Origin: Candidatus Latescibacterota bacterium
Lineage (GTDB): Bacteria; Krumholzibacteriota; Krumholzibacteriia; WVZY01; JAKEHA01
Assembly (NCBI GenBank): GCA_963707635.1
Contig: OY970173.1
Location: 1,600,001 to 1,664,000 of the forward strand
Reading direction: 5' to 3'
Length of the DNA stretch: 64,000 nt
Below the pieces are notes generated by a model that made no database searches, was not told where the DNA came from, and saw only the letters and a list, made by a program, of their open reading frames with translations. Of the stretch, positions 47,285 through 58,921 are shown in pieces; the stretch's first letter is position 1, and the number at the start of each line of letters is the position of its first letter. Position numbers and translations under genes: made by a program.

Positions 47285-49280
47285 TCACTTCAGCAGTACC
47301 ATCTTCCGGGTGCGCGTCTCGCCACCGCTCTCGAGCCGGTAGAAGTAAACACCGCTCGCCAGCCGGCGGCCGGCATCGTCGGTTCCGTCCCACTCGACGC
47401 GTTGCACGGAACCGGCCGGGAACTCGCGCCTCACCAGCGTGCGGATCAGGGTCCCATCCGGCGAGTATACCCGCAGTTGGGTAAGGCCACCGTCCCCGAC
47501 GCGGAAGGCGATCGACGTCCGCGGATTAAACGGGTTGGGGATGTTCTGCTCGAGCTCGAGCCGGGGCGGCGCGCCGTCGGAAACCCCGGTAACCAGGTTC
47601 CCGTTGTGAACCAGCGCGCATGGATCTCCTTCGTTGAATAGAATCTTACTGATGGTGAGCGTCGTGTTCGTGGCCGCCGTGCCCTGGAACAGCACCTTGA
47701 TCAGGGGCAGGGAGCCGGTGAGCGGAGTCGAACCGGCGTGCACGATCACGACTTTCCCGGGAATGTTGGTGTTGAACACAGGCGTCCCCCACGACGCCGA
47801 TGCGGTCCCGCTGGTCGAGACCCCCGTGACGAATACCTGAGCCGCGTTGAAGGTGAGGGTCAGCTCGTAGCCGTAAATTCCCATCCCGGTCACGCTGCGA
47901 TCGGGCTGGATCGGGACCGGCGTGGGAAACGTGGGGAAGACGCTCTGTGCCGGCGCATTGACGTACAGTTTGCAGATGCTGATGGTGTCGGTGGTGTCCG
48001 TGCGCCCCGCGGCGTCGGTCGCGTAGACTCGCGTGGTGCCGGCGGCGGTGGCCGTGATCCTCCCCGTCGCGTTGATCGTGGCGACGCCGGAGTTGGTCAC
48101 TCCCCACACCACCGGCGGCGTGGTCGTCCCCCCGATGGTGAATTGCAGCTGGTCCCCGACGACGATGGTCGAGGTGTTGGGGGAGACGTTGATGCTGGAC
48201 GGCACCGTGATGGAAACACTTCCGTTGACGTTGATCGACGGGTAGACCTCGTTGAAGACCGCGTTGACCGGCGCGATCCCCGTCGTCGTGCTCGAGCCGG
48301 TCGGGTCGATCAGGAACTTCAGGTACGTCAGGACCCCCGGCCCGCCGAGGCTGTTCGAACCGGCCAGCGCGACGCTCATGACCCCCGAGCCCACCGACGC
48401 GGCGGGAGTGGCCCAGCCGGCGGTGGCCGCGACGGTTCCGGTCTGGGATACGCCAAGCGCAGTCAGGTAACCCTCCGTGTACGTGACTTCGAACTCGGCC
48501 GACTTGATCGCGTACGGAACCGGGTCGGTGATGGTCACGGGGACGAGCACGATGTTGCCGGGGCCCCCGGACGCGGTGCCCACGGTGAGCCGCAAGGCCC
48601 GCACGTCGATTATCCCGTTGGTCACATCGCTGACCCCGTTGAAATCGGTCGCCGTCGCCGTCACCGAGCCGGGGGCGACGCCGGTGAGGGTCGAGGTTCC
48701 GCCGAAGCTGGCAATGGCATTGTTGGACGACTGGTACGTGTACGGCGCCGTCCCGCCCGACGTGGAGAAGTTGAGCGTTCCGCCCACCAAGATCTCGCCG
48801 CTGTTGGGCGAAACAGCGACGACCGGGAGGGCCGTGATCGTGAGCTGGCCGTTGAGAAGGGTGGTGGTCGGCGTGCCTTCGTTGAAGACGCCCTCGGTGA
48901 ACGTAAGCGTCACGATTCCAGAACCCGGCCCCAGGACGAACGTGAGGTTGATGAGGTTTCCGGCTCCCGCGAGCGCGGTCGAACCGGCCGCGGCGATCTC
49001 GACCCGTCCCGGGGTGGCGTTGACGGTGACAGGGCCCCAGGGATTCGTCATCGTGCCCGCGACCGGCGCGCCGGTGCAGGTCGCATACGCGCGAAGTCCA
49101 CGTCACCGCCAATTCGTAGGAATACACGCCCAGGCCGGTGAGGTCCGTGGTCGAAATGCCGACGGTGACCGTGTTGCCGACCGTCCCTGCGCCGTTGCCG
49201 ATATCGAGCGTGACCGCACCCGCCGGGTCGACCCCGGCCAGCGCAAGTGCTGCGCTCAAAGCAAGTATCGCGTTCCGCAT
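47285..49280 (-). pseudogene. Scaffoldin-like protein (three cohesin-like and two Ig-like domains, FlgD-Ig CTD); one frameshift near 49090, possibly a sequencing error
   Basis: Signal peptide MRNAIL after AAGGAG; cohesin-like VTVGISTT..GVYSYEL, VLVPVTI..SAEFEVTY, PVPIQ..GIYGYELTLTF; frame change in a CG run. Confidence 0.75.
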
Positions 49281-49319
49281 GATGGGCTCCTTTAGGTTCG
49301 ATCGGTCATCCAATCGCCG

Positions 49320-52300
49320 TTACTTGAGGAGCACCATCTTGCGGTCGGCGCGGAAGCCGCCCGCGGTAATCCGGTAGAAGTACACGCCGCTTCCCACCGC
49401 TGCGCCGCGGGTATCGCGGCCGTCCCAGACGACGGAGTGGAAGCCCGGACCCTCCGCGCGCTCGACCAGCGTCCGGATCAGGCGGCCCGCCACATCGTAG
49501 ACCGAGACGCTCACGTTCACGGCGGCCGCCGAGGCGGGGATCGCGTACTCGATGGTCGTCGTGGGGTTGAATGGATTCGGGCGGTTCTGCATGAGCGCGA
49601 ACTGCCCGGGCAGCTCACGCGACGCGTGGACCGTGCCGCCGTTGGAGACGGCGATGTCGGTCAGGTCCTGCTCGTTGAGCCGGACCTTCGTGAAGGCGAG
49701 TGCGACCCGCGTGCCGTCGCGAACACCGTCCGCCGGCCGCAGCACCAGCTCCACCGCCGCGCTCACGGGAAGCAAGTCCATCGACGCGGCGCTGATGTGG
49801 AGGTGGCCGTCGGCGTCCGCCTTCCAGTAGAGCATCGCGTCCCTCCGCCGCCTCGGTGAGGCGTACGTCCACGACCTCGAGAACATCGGGGTCGAACTCG
49901 AGGTGGTACTCGTGTCCCAGCAGCTCGCCCTCACCGCTGACCGCGATGGGTACGACCGTCTCGGCGCCCGCGTTGAGCACGAAGCCCGGCACTTCCACGT
50001 CGAAGAAGCCCGGCTCGGAACCCGGGAGGTAGAGGTTCTCGGTCGCGAGCAACGGCAGTTCGCTCACAAGGCCGCTAAACGCGCACGGGAAGTAGGAGAG
50101 GATTCCGGCGACGTGGCGCAGGATGTAGGACGCGTCCAGCGTGCTCAACACGTTCGTGCAGTTCACGTCGCCCACGGTCTGTTGCTGAGTGGTGAGACTG
50201 GTAAGCAGCGCGAGGTACTGCAGCACCAGCGACGCGTCGAACGCGCGCACCTCGCCGTTTAAGCTCACGTCGCCGAGCAGGAGGTTCTGGACCCCGCCGG
50301 TCTTCCAGCCGCTGTAGTCGACCAGGTTGGTGACGGGGTCGCCCAGGCCGGTCGGGTTGTACCAGCCGCCGGAGCCGGTGTCGTTGGAGTTGTCGAGCGG
50401 GCCGCTCGCGTGACCCCACCAGCAGTGCTTGGCGGACACGACGAAACTAAGGCCCGTGTTCTTCACTCCGTAGGTGATGTTGTCGAGAAAGTCGCAGCGT
50501 TCGATCTTCCCCTTGGTCGAGTCCCCCGCCGCGCCGTTGAAGTTCACGCCAATCCCGTTGTTCTGGAAGATGCAGCGGTCGAACTCGGGATGGGCATTGG
50601 TCACGTTGACCGATCCAATAGTCGTGCTGTTGGTCGCGTAGCGGAAGACGCAGTAGCGAAACCGGGTGCTGTCGTCGACGGCTTCGTTGTCCACCTGGAT
50701 ATCCCCCCAGCGCAGGGAGGATCCGTCGGTGAGCGTGCTGTCGTTGTTGGTGTCGCCGCCGTAGAAGTCGTCGCGCGGCGACGTGAACACGATCAGACTC
50801 TCGGGCTCCGCCTTCCCCTCGGCGATGAAGCCCCGTTTTACCGTGATCGTCACGGCGGACAGCGGCTTGATCACCACCCCGGGTTGGATGCGGAGAATCG
50901 AGCTCAACCCCGCGGTGAGGCTTCCGGTGAGCACGTAGGGGACGCTGCTGATGGTGCCGACCGCGCGGCGCTTCCAAAGCACGTCCTGCGCCAGCGTCTC
51001 TCCAATGATCCCGATCGCCCGGTAGGTGTTGGTCGGATTGAACACGTTCGCACCGACGAAATTCGGGTTGCTGATGAGCGACATCTGCACCGGCGCGATC
51101 GTGGCATAGTCGAACGTGCAGGCCTCGACCTTGGGGTTGCTTGCACCCTCCATGCGGATCGCGTAGCTGCCGGTGCGGTAGAACGTGCAATTCTGGAAGG
51201 TGGGCCCGGCGGTGACAGTGCGCGCCGCGTAGCCGCTCGATCCCGAGTAGCGGAACCGGCAGTACTTGAAAATGTTGGAGAGGTCGGTGCTCACGTCGCG
51301 GAAATCGATGTATTGCCAGTCGCCAGCACTAGGTGTGGTGAGCGCGCCGTCGTTGTTGGTGTCGGCCGCGTTGCCGTAGGCGTCGTCGGCAATGGAGGTA
51401 AAGGTGATGGGCTCGGACACGGTCCCGTTGGCCGCGATGGCGCCGTCCACGGTGATGCTACTCGCAAACGGGATCCCCATCTTGAGCACTATGCCCGGGT
51501 CGATGGTCAACGTGACCCCGAAGTTCACCGCCAGCGTGCCTCCCACCAGGATGCGCGTGATATTGGTGTAGCCCGCGAGGTTGCGTTTCGTGATGGTCAC
51601 GTTCTGGCCGATGGCCTCCCCGATCAATCCCAGCGCGTCGTATCCGTTGTTGTCGTACACGTTCCCGGAGAATGTCGGGTTCGCATTGATCGAGGCGGTA
51701 ACGGGGAGGTTCGTGGTCAGTCGAAACAGGTTGTTCTGGACGACCGGGTTGGACACGTTCTGGATCCAGAGTCCCCACGTGTTGATCTCGAACTCGCAAT
51801 TACGAATGGTCGGGCTCGCGGACGCCATGCGGATGATGCCGTTTCCGGCTCCGCCGAATCGGAAATGCGACCACTCGATCAGGCTCGCCGTCGCTGTGCT
51901 GTTGAACTGGATTCCGTTCCAGTTGCCCGCGGCGGGCGAGGTCGAGGAACCATTCACGTTCGAGTCGCCGCCCTTGGAGTCGTCGTGAATCGACGTGTAG
52001 ATGACGAAACCGGTCGGATTGTTCTGCCCGAGCATGTCGAGGCCCCCGTTGACGATGAGCGGCGTGCCGTTTAGCACCTTCACGATCACGCCGGCCTCGA
52101 TCGTGAGCTTGGACCCGCTCCCGATGGTCATCTGGCCCAGGTGCATGTAGGGGAAGTAGTCTGCGAACTGGGGCGGGCCCCCGACGAATATCCGCTCCAG
52201 CGTGGCGTTCTGGGACAGCGTCTCGGGGAGGATCCCGACGGCGTGGTAGGTGTTCTGGTTGAACGTGTTGCCGGAATACTGCGGGTTGGAAACCACCGAC

Positions 52301-54147
52301 GTCGCGAGCGGCACGCTGCTGTGGTTGAAGAAGTCGTTGTTCGAAATCACCGGGGCGGAGTTTCCATCGGTGGTGACACCGACGGTGTTGGTCTTGAACT
52401 GGCAGTGGGTGATGGTCGGCGAGGCACTGTTGCACCACACAACCCCGCGGTAGGATCCACTGCCATCGTAACCGCCATAGGCCAGGACGCAGTAGTCGAG
52501 GATGCACTGCGGGTCGTTCGAGGTGGCGGCGAAATTGATGTAGCCCCAATAGGACGGCCCGGGGACGGTGGCCCCGCCGTTGCCCTCGGTGTCCGGCGGA
52601 TTGCCGTAGCCGTCGTCGTACTGCGAGGTGAAAACGATCAGACTCTCCGGTTTGGCATCCGCCGAAAGGGCGCCATTGATGATGATGTTGTAGGCATAGT
52701 AGTTGACCTTGACCACCACGCCCGGTTCGAGTCGTAGCCGCGCGCCGACGTTCATTGTGAGGGTGCCCGACAACCAGTACGTGATGTTGTTGAAGCCGGC
52801 GACGTTTCGGACCTTGAGCACCGAGTTGGTGGAGATGGCTTCGTTGATGATCCCCAGGGCGGTGAGCGAGTTGTTGCTGAAGCTGAGCCCCGAGAACGTC
52901 GGGTTCGCGGTCACGGACATGTAGATCGGCGTCTTCAGGCAGTTGTTGATGACGACGTTGGTGATGGCCGAGCTCGCCGTCCCTTTCTGTTCGATCCCGT
53001 AGTTCGTGTCGGAAATCGTGCAGTTCGAAATCGGGGGGCTCACGCTCATGCAGCGGATCACGCCCTCGCCCGAGTTCGATCCGCCGAACTTGAGGGTCGC
53101 GTACGAGACCGACCCGGTGGAGCCGGACTGAAATTCGATCTGTCCCCAGTCACCCCGGGCGGGGGAGCTGACGGAGCCGTCGTTGTTGGTGTCGTTCGGA
53201 TTCCCAAAGGTATCGTCCTTGAAGGACGTGAAGACAATCTGACCGCCCGGGCTGGAGGTGCCGTTCATGGTGAGCGTTCCCTGCACGAGGACGTTCACAT
53301 TCGCCTTGGGCTTGACGACGACGCCCGGCTCGATCGTGAGTGACCCCCCGGGATTAACGGTAAAGTCGCTGATCAGGATGTAGACCAGGTTGGAAATCGG
53401 CGTGGCGCCGAGGGTGGCGCCGCGAATCCGCAGCGTGTTCGCGCCGGTCAGTATCCCGCCCAGGAGACCCAGCGCATCGAAACCGTTGTCCTGCGTCGAC
53501 CCGAAAGCCAGGTTGTCGAACACCGGGTCGGCCTGAATGTCGATCGCGATGGGGACGTCCGTCATCGCGTTGATCGAGGTGTCACGGATGATCGGAGTGG
53601 ACACCCCGTCGCAGCGGATGCCGTAGTAGGCGGCGGAAAGATCACATTTCGTGAAGGTCGGGCCCGCGTGTTCGCATAGAAGCATTCCCGTGCTGCCCGC
53701 GCCTCCGTAACGAAGCACACAGTATTTGAGAATGCTGGTGTCGTCGGAGTTGACCGTGAACCGGATGTTGTACCAGTTCAGCGCCGCCGGGGTGGTGGTG
53801 CCTCCGTCCCCGTTGGTGTCCTCGCCGGCCGGCGCGGGGGCGTTGTCGTCGCGGATGGACGTGAAAGTGATGAGCGAATCCGGCGTGGACCCGCCCGAAG
53901 CTACGATCTTGCCGTTTACGATCAGCTGGGTGGAGAGATTGAACTTGAGCACCACGCCCGGGTCGATCGTCAGGGTCACGCCCGGATTCACGGTGATGCT
54001 GCCCGTGACCTGGTAAACCCGCCCACCCGTCGTATTCAACGTGGTGTTGCTGGCGATGACTCCCGAGATGAATTTGGCGGCGTGGACGGGGACGACGGAA
54101 AGCGAAACCAGGCAGGCGACGACAACGGTGCCAACGAAGGACTTCAC
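49320..54147 (-). pseudogene. Large right-handed beta-helix protein with dockerin, cohesin-like domain and FlgD-Ig CTD; one frameshift near 49842, possibly a sequencing error
   Basis: Six repeats of L.IxPGVVxK...I.FTS..DD...DTN.DG...W..I.F; dockerin GDVSLNGEVRAFDA...GDVNCTNVLSTLDA; CTD in ORF 49320-49934. Confidence 0.8.
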
Positions 54148-54336
54148 GGCCGTACCTCGCAGAGGCTAAAGGGGTTGAGGACCAGCGCGCGACTGTCCGG
54201 TGCAGACCGGGCTAGCGTCGAGTGTGGCCGTAATGATACCACACTGCCGGGAGCCGGTGAAGTTGCCGCCGTCTACTGAGTGGGACGCAGCCGCGATCGA
54301 TCCGACACACACAATCTTCAGTTACCCTCCCTTCAC

Positions 54337-56769
54337 TTAGCGCTGAATTACCATCTTCCGCGTGAGCGTCTCGGTGCCCGTCGTCACCCGGTAGAAATAG
54401 ACGCCGCTGGGGAGGAGCGCGCCGTCCGTGCCTCGAGCCTCGAAGGCGATGCGGTTCCAGCCCGCCGCGACCTGCCCGTACCGCCGCGCGAACACACGAC
54501 GCCCCGCCACGTCGTACACGTCGACCGCGACCCCTCCCGCGCGAGGGAGCCCCACGCGAAGCTCGGTGGCGTCGGAGAACGGATTGGGGACGTTGGTGTC
54601 CAGCGACAGCCGCGTGAGCGGCGGCGTGCCGTCGCCGACGCCGGTCGGGATCGTGACCGCGGCTTCGTTCGAGGGTGGGCTCTGGTTCTCGTGCACATCC
54701 CACGCCGCGACGACGTAGTAGAGATAGCCGGTTGGCGGGCTCACGTCGGTGTAGACCGTATCGGTCGAATTGTCGATGAAGTGAATCGGGATCGGCTGCA
54801 CGCCCGCCGCGGTCGCCCGGTAGATCGCGTAGTGATCCAGATCCGCTTCGGCGCTTCTTCTCCACACCAGGTCGACATCGAAGCCGACACGCTGGGCCGT
54901 GAGCGTGAGCGGGGCCGCGGGGGCAAGATTGTCCACCGAGCGCCCGCTCGCGGGCGCGGAGGCCCAGTACTGGGACCCGCTGTGGGCCAGCACCTGGAAG
55001 TAGTGGGGCTCGGGCGACGCGCTCGTCGAGTCGAAGAGCGTCGCCACCGTCTGCGCGTAGCCGGGCAGGGAATAGGCGTTCACGGTGGCCATGAGCTGCC
55101 AGTAGTACGACGTGCTGTTCAACTCCTGGACACGCACGACCTCGCCGCCGGTGGGGACGGCGTCCACGCCGTGGCGCACGCTCTCGCCGCCGCGCGCCTC
55201 CACGGCGGCTGCGGCGGTCGCGTCGATCGCGCGCCACACCGTGTAGGATTCGATGAGCTGGTCCGGCCATGGATCGAGGCGGCTCGCATCCCACGCGACG
55301 TTGACGACGTGGCCCTGGTCGCCGGGCGCGTCGCGCGCGGACACGATCTCCGGGGATGGGAAGCCCCAGTAGCCGTTGCGTTCGACGCGCTGGGCGTAGA
55401 TGTCGTCGGAGGAGTTCCGAACGTCTCCCCAGGCGATCACGGCACCGCCGAGTCCATCGGACACGAGCTGCGGACTGTTCTGTCCGTCGACTGCGTTGCA
55501 TACCACCAGGCCGTCCGCCGTCCACTGGACGACCCCCGATCCGTTTACGCGCTGGGCGTAGATGTCGTGGACGGAGCCATCGCGCAGGTCCTGCCACGCG
55601 ATCACGGCTCCGCCGGCGCCATCCGCCACCATCTGTTGGCTCGCCTGGTCGTGCGGCGCGATGCTGATCGCGATTCCGTTGGGGGCCCACAGCATCGCGC
55701 CGTTCGCACCCACCCGCTGAGCATACTGGTCCTGCCCCATGCTGTTGCGATAGTCCCCCCACGCGATGATGGCGCCTCCCGTCTTGTCGGCGGCGATCGT
55801 CGGCGGGAACTGGAAGTCGCCCTGCGTGCACACCGGGACACCGTCCAACGTCCATGCCGCGGAACCGTTCGCGTACATGCGCTGCGCATAAATGTCGGTG
55901 AACGTCCCGACAAAGTTGCGGTAATCCTGCCACACGACGAGCGCACCTCCGGCGCCGTCGGTTGCGAGATTCGGTTCCGTCTGATCGTTAACCGCTGCGC
56001 ATACTGGCGTGCCACCGGCGTTCCAGACCGCGTTTCCAGCGGCGGTCACGTGCTGGGCGTAGACGTTATAGGAGCCGCCGCTCACAGCATGCCAGCAGGT
56101 GATTGCGCCACCGAGACCGTCTCCGATGACACGCTGCCTGTCCGTGCCGCTGGTGCCCATGGCGCTCGCCGCGACGCCGGCGGGATTCCAAAGCACGGTC
56201 CCGCCCGCGCTCACACGCTGCGCAGTGACGGTATAGGAGCCCGCGGTATCATGGAGCCATGTCGCGAGCACTCCGCCCACGCCGTCGGGAGCGACGGCTA
56301 CATAGACCTGGTTACCGGGCTGCGTACATACCGCGAGCCCGGACGCTCCCCATAGCAGATTGCCGAGCGCGTCCACACGCTGGGCGTAGATGTCCTGTTG
56401 GGTGGTGCCGATGTTGCGGGAGTCGTGCCAGACAGCGATCGCGCCACCGCTGCCGTCGGCGACGATTCTGGGATAGCTCTCGTTGCCTGCCGAGGTGGTC
56501 AGGGGAATCCCGTCGGTGGCCCACAGGGGAGTGCCCCATCCATCGACGTGTTGAATAAAGACGTTCGGAAACCCCGGGGCGGGCCGATAGTCGGTCCAGA
56601 CGATAAACGCGCCGCCGTTCCCGTCCGGAGCCAGGTCGTATTCGAACTGTGCATCCGACTGGGTGCAGACGGGCGTCCCCGTCTGGGGCCACAGTGCCGC
56701 GGCCGGTCGGCCGATCAGGAGTGATGAACAAATGCCCAGCAGGACCAAGAAAGGGGTGGCGGGTCTCAT
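54337..56769 (-). CDS. Secreted SDGAGGAI-repeat protein with DQG...DNLAP module and FlgD-Ig CTD
   Basis: Start ATG 56769; DGxGGA..W.D.R..DIYAQRV repeats; GDQGHVV, SVDNLAP; VPNPF...RKMVIQR. Confidence 0.87.
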   Translation of the reverse strand: MRPATPFLVLLGICSSLLIGRPAAALWPQTGTPVCTQSDAQFEYDLAPDGNGGAFIVWTDYRPAPGFPNVFIQHVDGWGTPLWATDGIPLTTSAGNESYPRIVADGSGGAIAVWHDSRNIGTTQQDIYAQRVDALGNLLWGASGLAVCTQPGNQVYVAVAPDGVGGVLATWLHDTAGSYTVTAQRVSAGGTVLWNPAGVAASAMGTSGTDRQRVIGDGLGGAITCWHAVSGGSYNVYAQHVTAAGNAVWNAGGTPVCAAVNDQTEPNLATDGAGGALVVWQDYRNFVGTFTDIYAQRMYANGSAAWTLDGVPVCTQGDFQFPPTIAADKTGGAIIAWGDYRNSMGQDQYAQRVGANGAMLWAPNGIAISIAPHDQASQQMVADGAGGAVIAWQDLRDGSVHDIYAQRVNGSGVVQWTADGLVVCNAVDGQNSPQLVSDGLGGAVIAWGDVRNSSDDIYAQRVERNGYWGFPSPEIVSARDAPGDQGHVVNVAWDASRLDPWPDQLIESYTVWRAIDATAAAAVEARGGESVRHGVDAVPTGGEVVRVQELNSTSYYWQLMATVNAYSLPGYAQTVATLFDSTSASPEPHYFQVLAHSGSQYWASAPASGRSVDNLAPAAPLTLTAQRVGFDVDLVWRRSAEADLDHYAIYRATAAGVQPIPIHFIDNSTDTVYTDVSPPTGYLYYVVAAWDVHENQSPPSNEAAVTIPTGVGDGTPPLTRLSLDTNVPNPFSDATELRVGLPRAGGVAVDVYDVAGRRVFARRYGQVAAGWNRIAFEARGTDGALLPSGVYFYRVTTGTETLTRKMVIQR

Positions 56770-56924
56770 TGACAGCCCTCGTGGTTCGGGTTCAAAGCGG
56801 GCGACGCAGACCGCAGCAATTATACCACTCCGGAGCAGCGGCCGACTCGCTGGAGGTGTGGCGGCGGTTCGTGGTAGAGTGTGCCACGATACTCTCGATG
56901 CCCCTGGACTCACTGGAGGGAACC

Positions 56925-57488
56925 ATGCGTCGCCTGATACTCGTCCTGATCGCTCTCGTCGCCGTCAGCGGCTGTTCGCAGAAGGGTATGAGTTCGCGAC
57001 TCCAGATGGACGCGAAGCCTGCGGACGGGGTCAACATGGCGATCTATAAGACGTGGAACTTCGCGCGCCCGGACAACACGGCGTCGGGCATCGCGCTACT
57101 CGACGACGCGACGTTTCGATTCAAGGCCCTGGACGCCATCGAAAAGGACATGGCAGCGCGCGGACTCGTGCGCGTGTTCGACGCGACGACGGATCTCAAG
57201 ATGATGATGCACGTGCTCCAGTCCAACAACATCGACGAGATCGCGATGGAGAACCAGGAGTTCGACTTCGCCTCGATGCCCGAAGGCACGAGCTACCAGT
57301 CGGGCGAGCTCACCTTCTTCCTCTTCGACGCGAAGTCGGGGGCAATGGTATGGCAGGGGCACGCGGTCGCGGAGCTGGACCAGTACGCCGACGAAAAGAA
57401 GCGTCAGGAGCGGTTCCTCAAGGTGGTGGGCGATCTGCTGGCGCAGATACCGATGGGGGGCTCGCCGGTGCCGGCTCCCGCGCAGTAG
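56925..57488 (+). CDS. DUF4136-like lipoprotein
   Basis: GGAGG RBS, lipobox VSGC, YKTWNF, GELTFFLFDAKSGAMVWQG. Confidence 0.75.
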   Translation: MRRLILVLIALVAVSGCSQKGMSSRLQMDAKPADGVNMAIYKTWNFARPDNTASGIALLDDATFRFKALDAIEKDMAARGLVRVFDATTDLKMMMHVLQSNNIDEIAMENQEFDFASMPEGTSYQSGELTFFLFDAKSGAMVWQGHAVAELDQYADEKKRQERFLKVVGDLLAQIPMGGSPVPAPAQ

Positions 57489-57525
57489 GAGGAAGTGCAC
57501 GGGCGGTGCCCCTGGTCGCCGAACT

Positions 57526-58881
57526 ATGTCCTCCCAACTCCTTTTCTCCGTCGCCGGCGCCCGCGGGATCGTCGGCCAGACCATCGACGCCGACGTCGTC
57601 ACTCGACTGGCTGCTGCCTACTGCGCCATTCTTCCGCCGGGCCCCGTCGCCGTCGGTCGCGACACGCGGCCGAGCGGGGAGTCGTTCCTCTATTCCGTCG
57701 TCGGCGCGGTGACGGCGAGCGGGCGCGACGCGATCGTCCTCGACATCGCCACCACGCCCACCACCGAGCTCATCACCGAGAGAACCGACGCGGTGGCGGG
57801 CATTATCGTCACCGCGAGCCACAACCCCATCGAGTGGAACGCACTCAAGTTCATCGACCACCGCGGCATCTTTATCACCAAAGACGTGAGCGAGAAGCTG
57901 CTGGCCGCCTACCGCAAGGGCGCATTCACCTTCGTGGACGGCCGTGGTACCGGACGGATCATCCCGTATCGCACGGCGGCGGTCGAACACGTCGACGCCA
58001 TTCTCGGCCTCGACGTCGTGGACGCCGCTGCTATCAAGAAACGAAAGTTCACCGCTGTGCTGGACTGCATCAACGGCGCCGGCAGCGTGATCGCGCCGCC
58101 GCTCCTCGAGAAACTCGGGGTGCGCGTGATTCCGCTCAACTGTTCGTCCGACGGCAACTTCTACCGCGACCCCGAACCGCGCCCGGAAAACCTCGCCGAC
58201 CTCGAGGAGGCGGTGCGCAAGTCCGGCGCCGATCTGGGTTTCGCCACCGATCCGGACGCGGACCGGCTGGCGCTGGTGGACGAGAACGGCCGCGCCATCA
58301 GCGAGGAGTACACGCTGGCTCTCGCGACCGACCACGTGCTCGGAAAGCACAACGGGGACGTGGTGGTGAATCTCTCGACCTCCGCGTGGATCGATCACGT
58401 GGCGACGTCCCACGGCGCGCGCGTGCAGCGGACTCCGGTGGGCGAAGCCCACGTCGTGGACCGGATGCTCGCGGAACACGCGGTGATCGGGGGCGAGGGC
58501 AACGGCGGCGTCATCTATCCTGCGCTGCACGCCGGTCGGGACGCGATGCTGGGCATGGCACTGGTATTGCAGTTTCTGGCCGAGCGAGGACTGCCTCTAT
58601 CCGAGGCGGTTCGCGCCTACCCGCCGCTGGTGATCACCAAGGAAAAAGTGCCGCTGCGGGGCGCGTTCTCCGCCGAGCGGATCGCGGGCGCGGTCAGGGC
58701 TCGAAGCCCGATTAGCCTTGACACCCAAGACGGTGTGAAGGCCATATTTACAGACGGATGGTTCCACCTGCGGGTGTCGAATACGGAGGGAATCGTCCGG
58801 ATCATCGCGGAGGCCCCGGACCCGGCGCGCGCGGCGGCCCTCCAGGAAACGGCGCGAGCCGTTCTCGCGGCCTCGTGGTAA
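57526..58881 (+). CDS. glmM: Phosphoglucosamine mutase (alpha-D-phosphohexomutase family)
   Basis: GRDTR, TASHNP, DPDADR, GGEGNGG, DGVK, RVSNTE; directly upstream of glmS. Confidence 0.8.
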   Translation: MSSQLLFSVAGARGIVGQTIDADVVTRLAAAYCAILPPGPVAVGRDTRPSGESFLYSVVGAVTASGRDAIVLDIATTPTTELITERTDAVAGIIVTASHNPIEWNALKFIDHRGIFITKDVSEKLLAAYRKGAFTFVDGRGTGRIIPYRTAAVEHVDAILGLDVVDAAAIKKRKFTAVLDCINGAGSVIAPPLLEKLGVRVIPLNCSSDGNFYRDPEPRPENLADLEEAVRKSGADLGFATDPDADRLALVDENGRAISEEYTLALATDHVLGKHNGDVVVNLSTSAWIDHVATSHGARVQRTPVGEAHVVDRMLAEHAVIGGEGNGGVIYPALHAGRDAMLGMALVLQFLAERGLPLSEAVRAYPPLVITKEKVPLRGAFSAERIAGAVRARSPISLDTQDGVKAIFTDGWFHLRVSNTEGIVRIIAEAPDPARAAALQETARAVLAASW

Positions 58882-58921
58882 ACTCCCGCAGGGGACCGGC
58901 GCGAAGCGGAGGATTTGACCC

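Noticed and set aside
58882..58921. glmS ribozyme
   Set aside because: Only 40 bp separate glmM and glmS, too short for the ribozyme.
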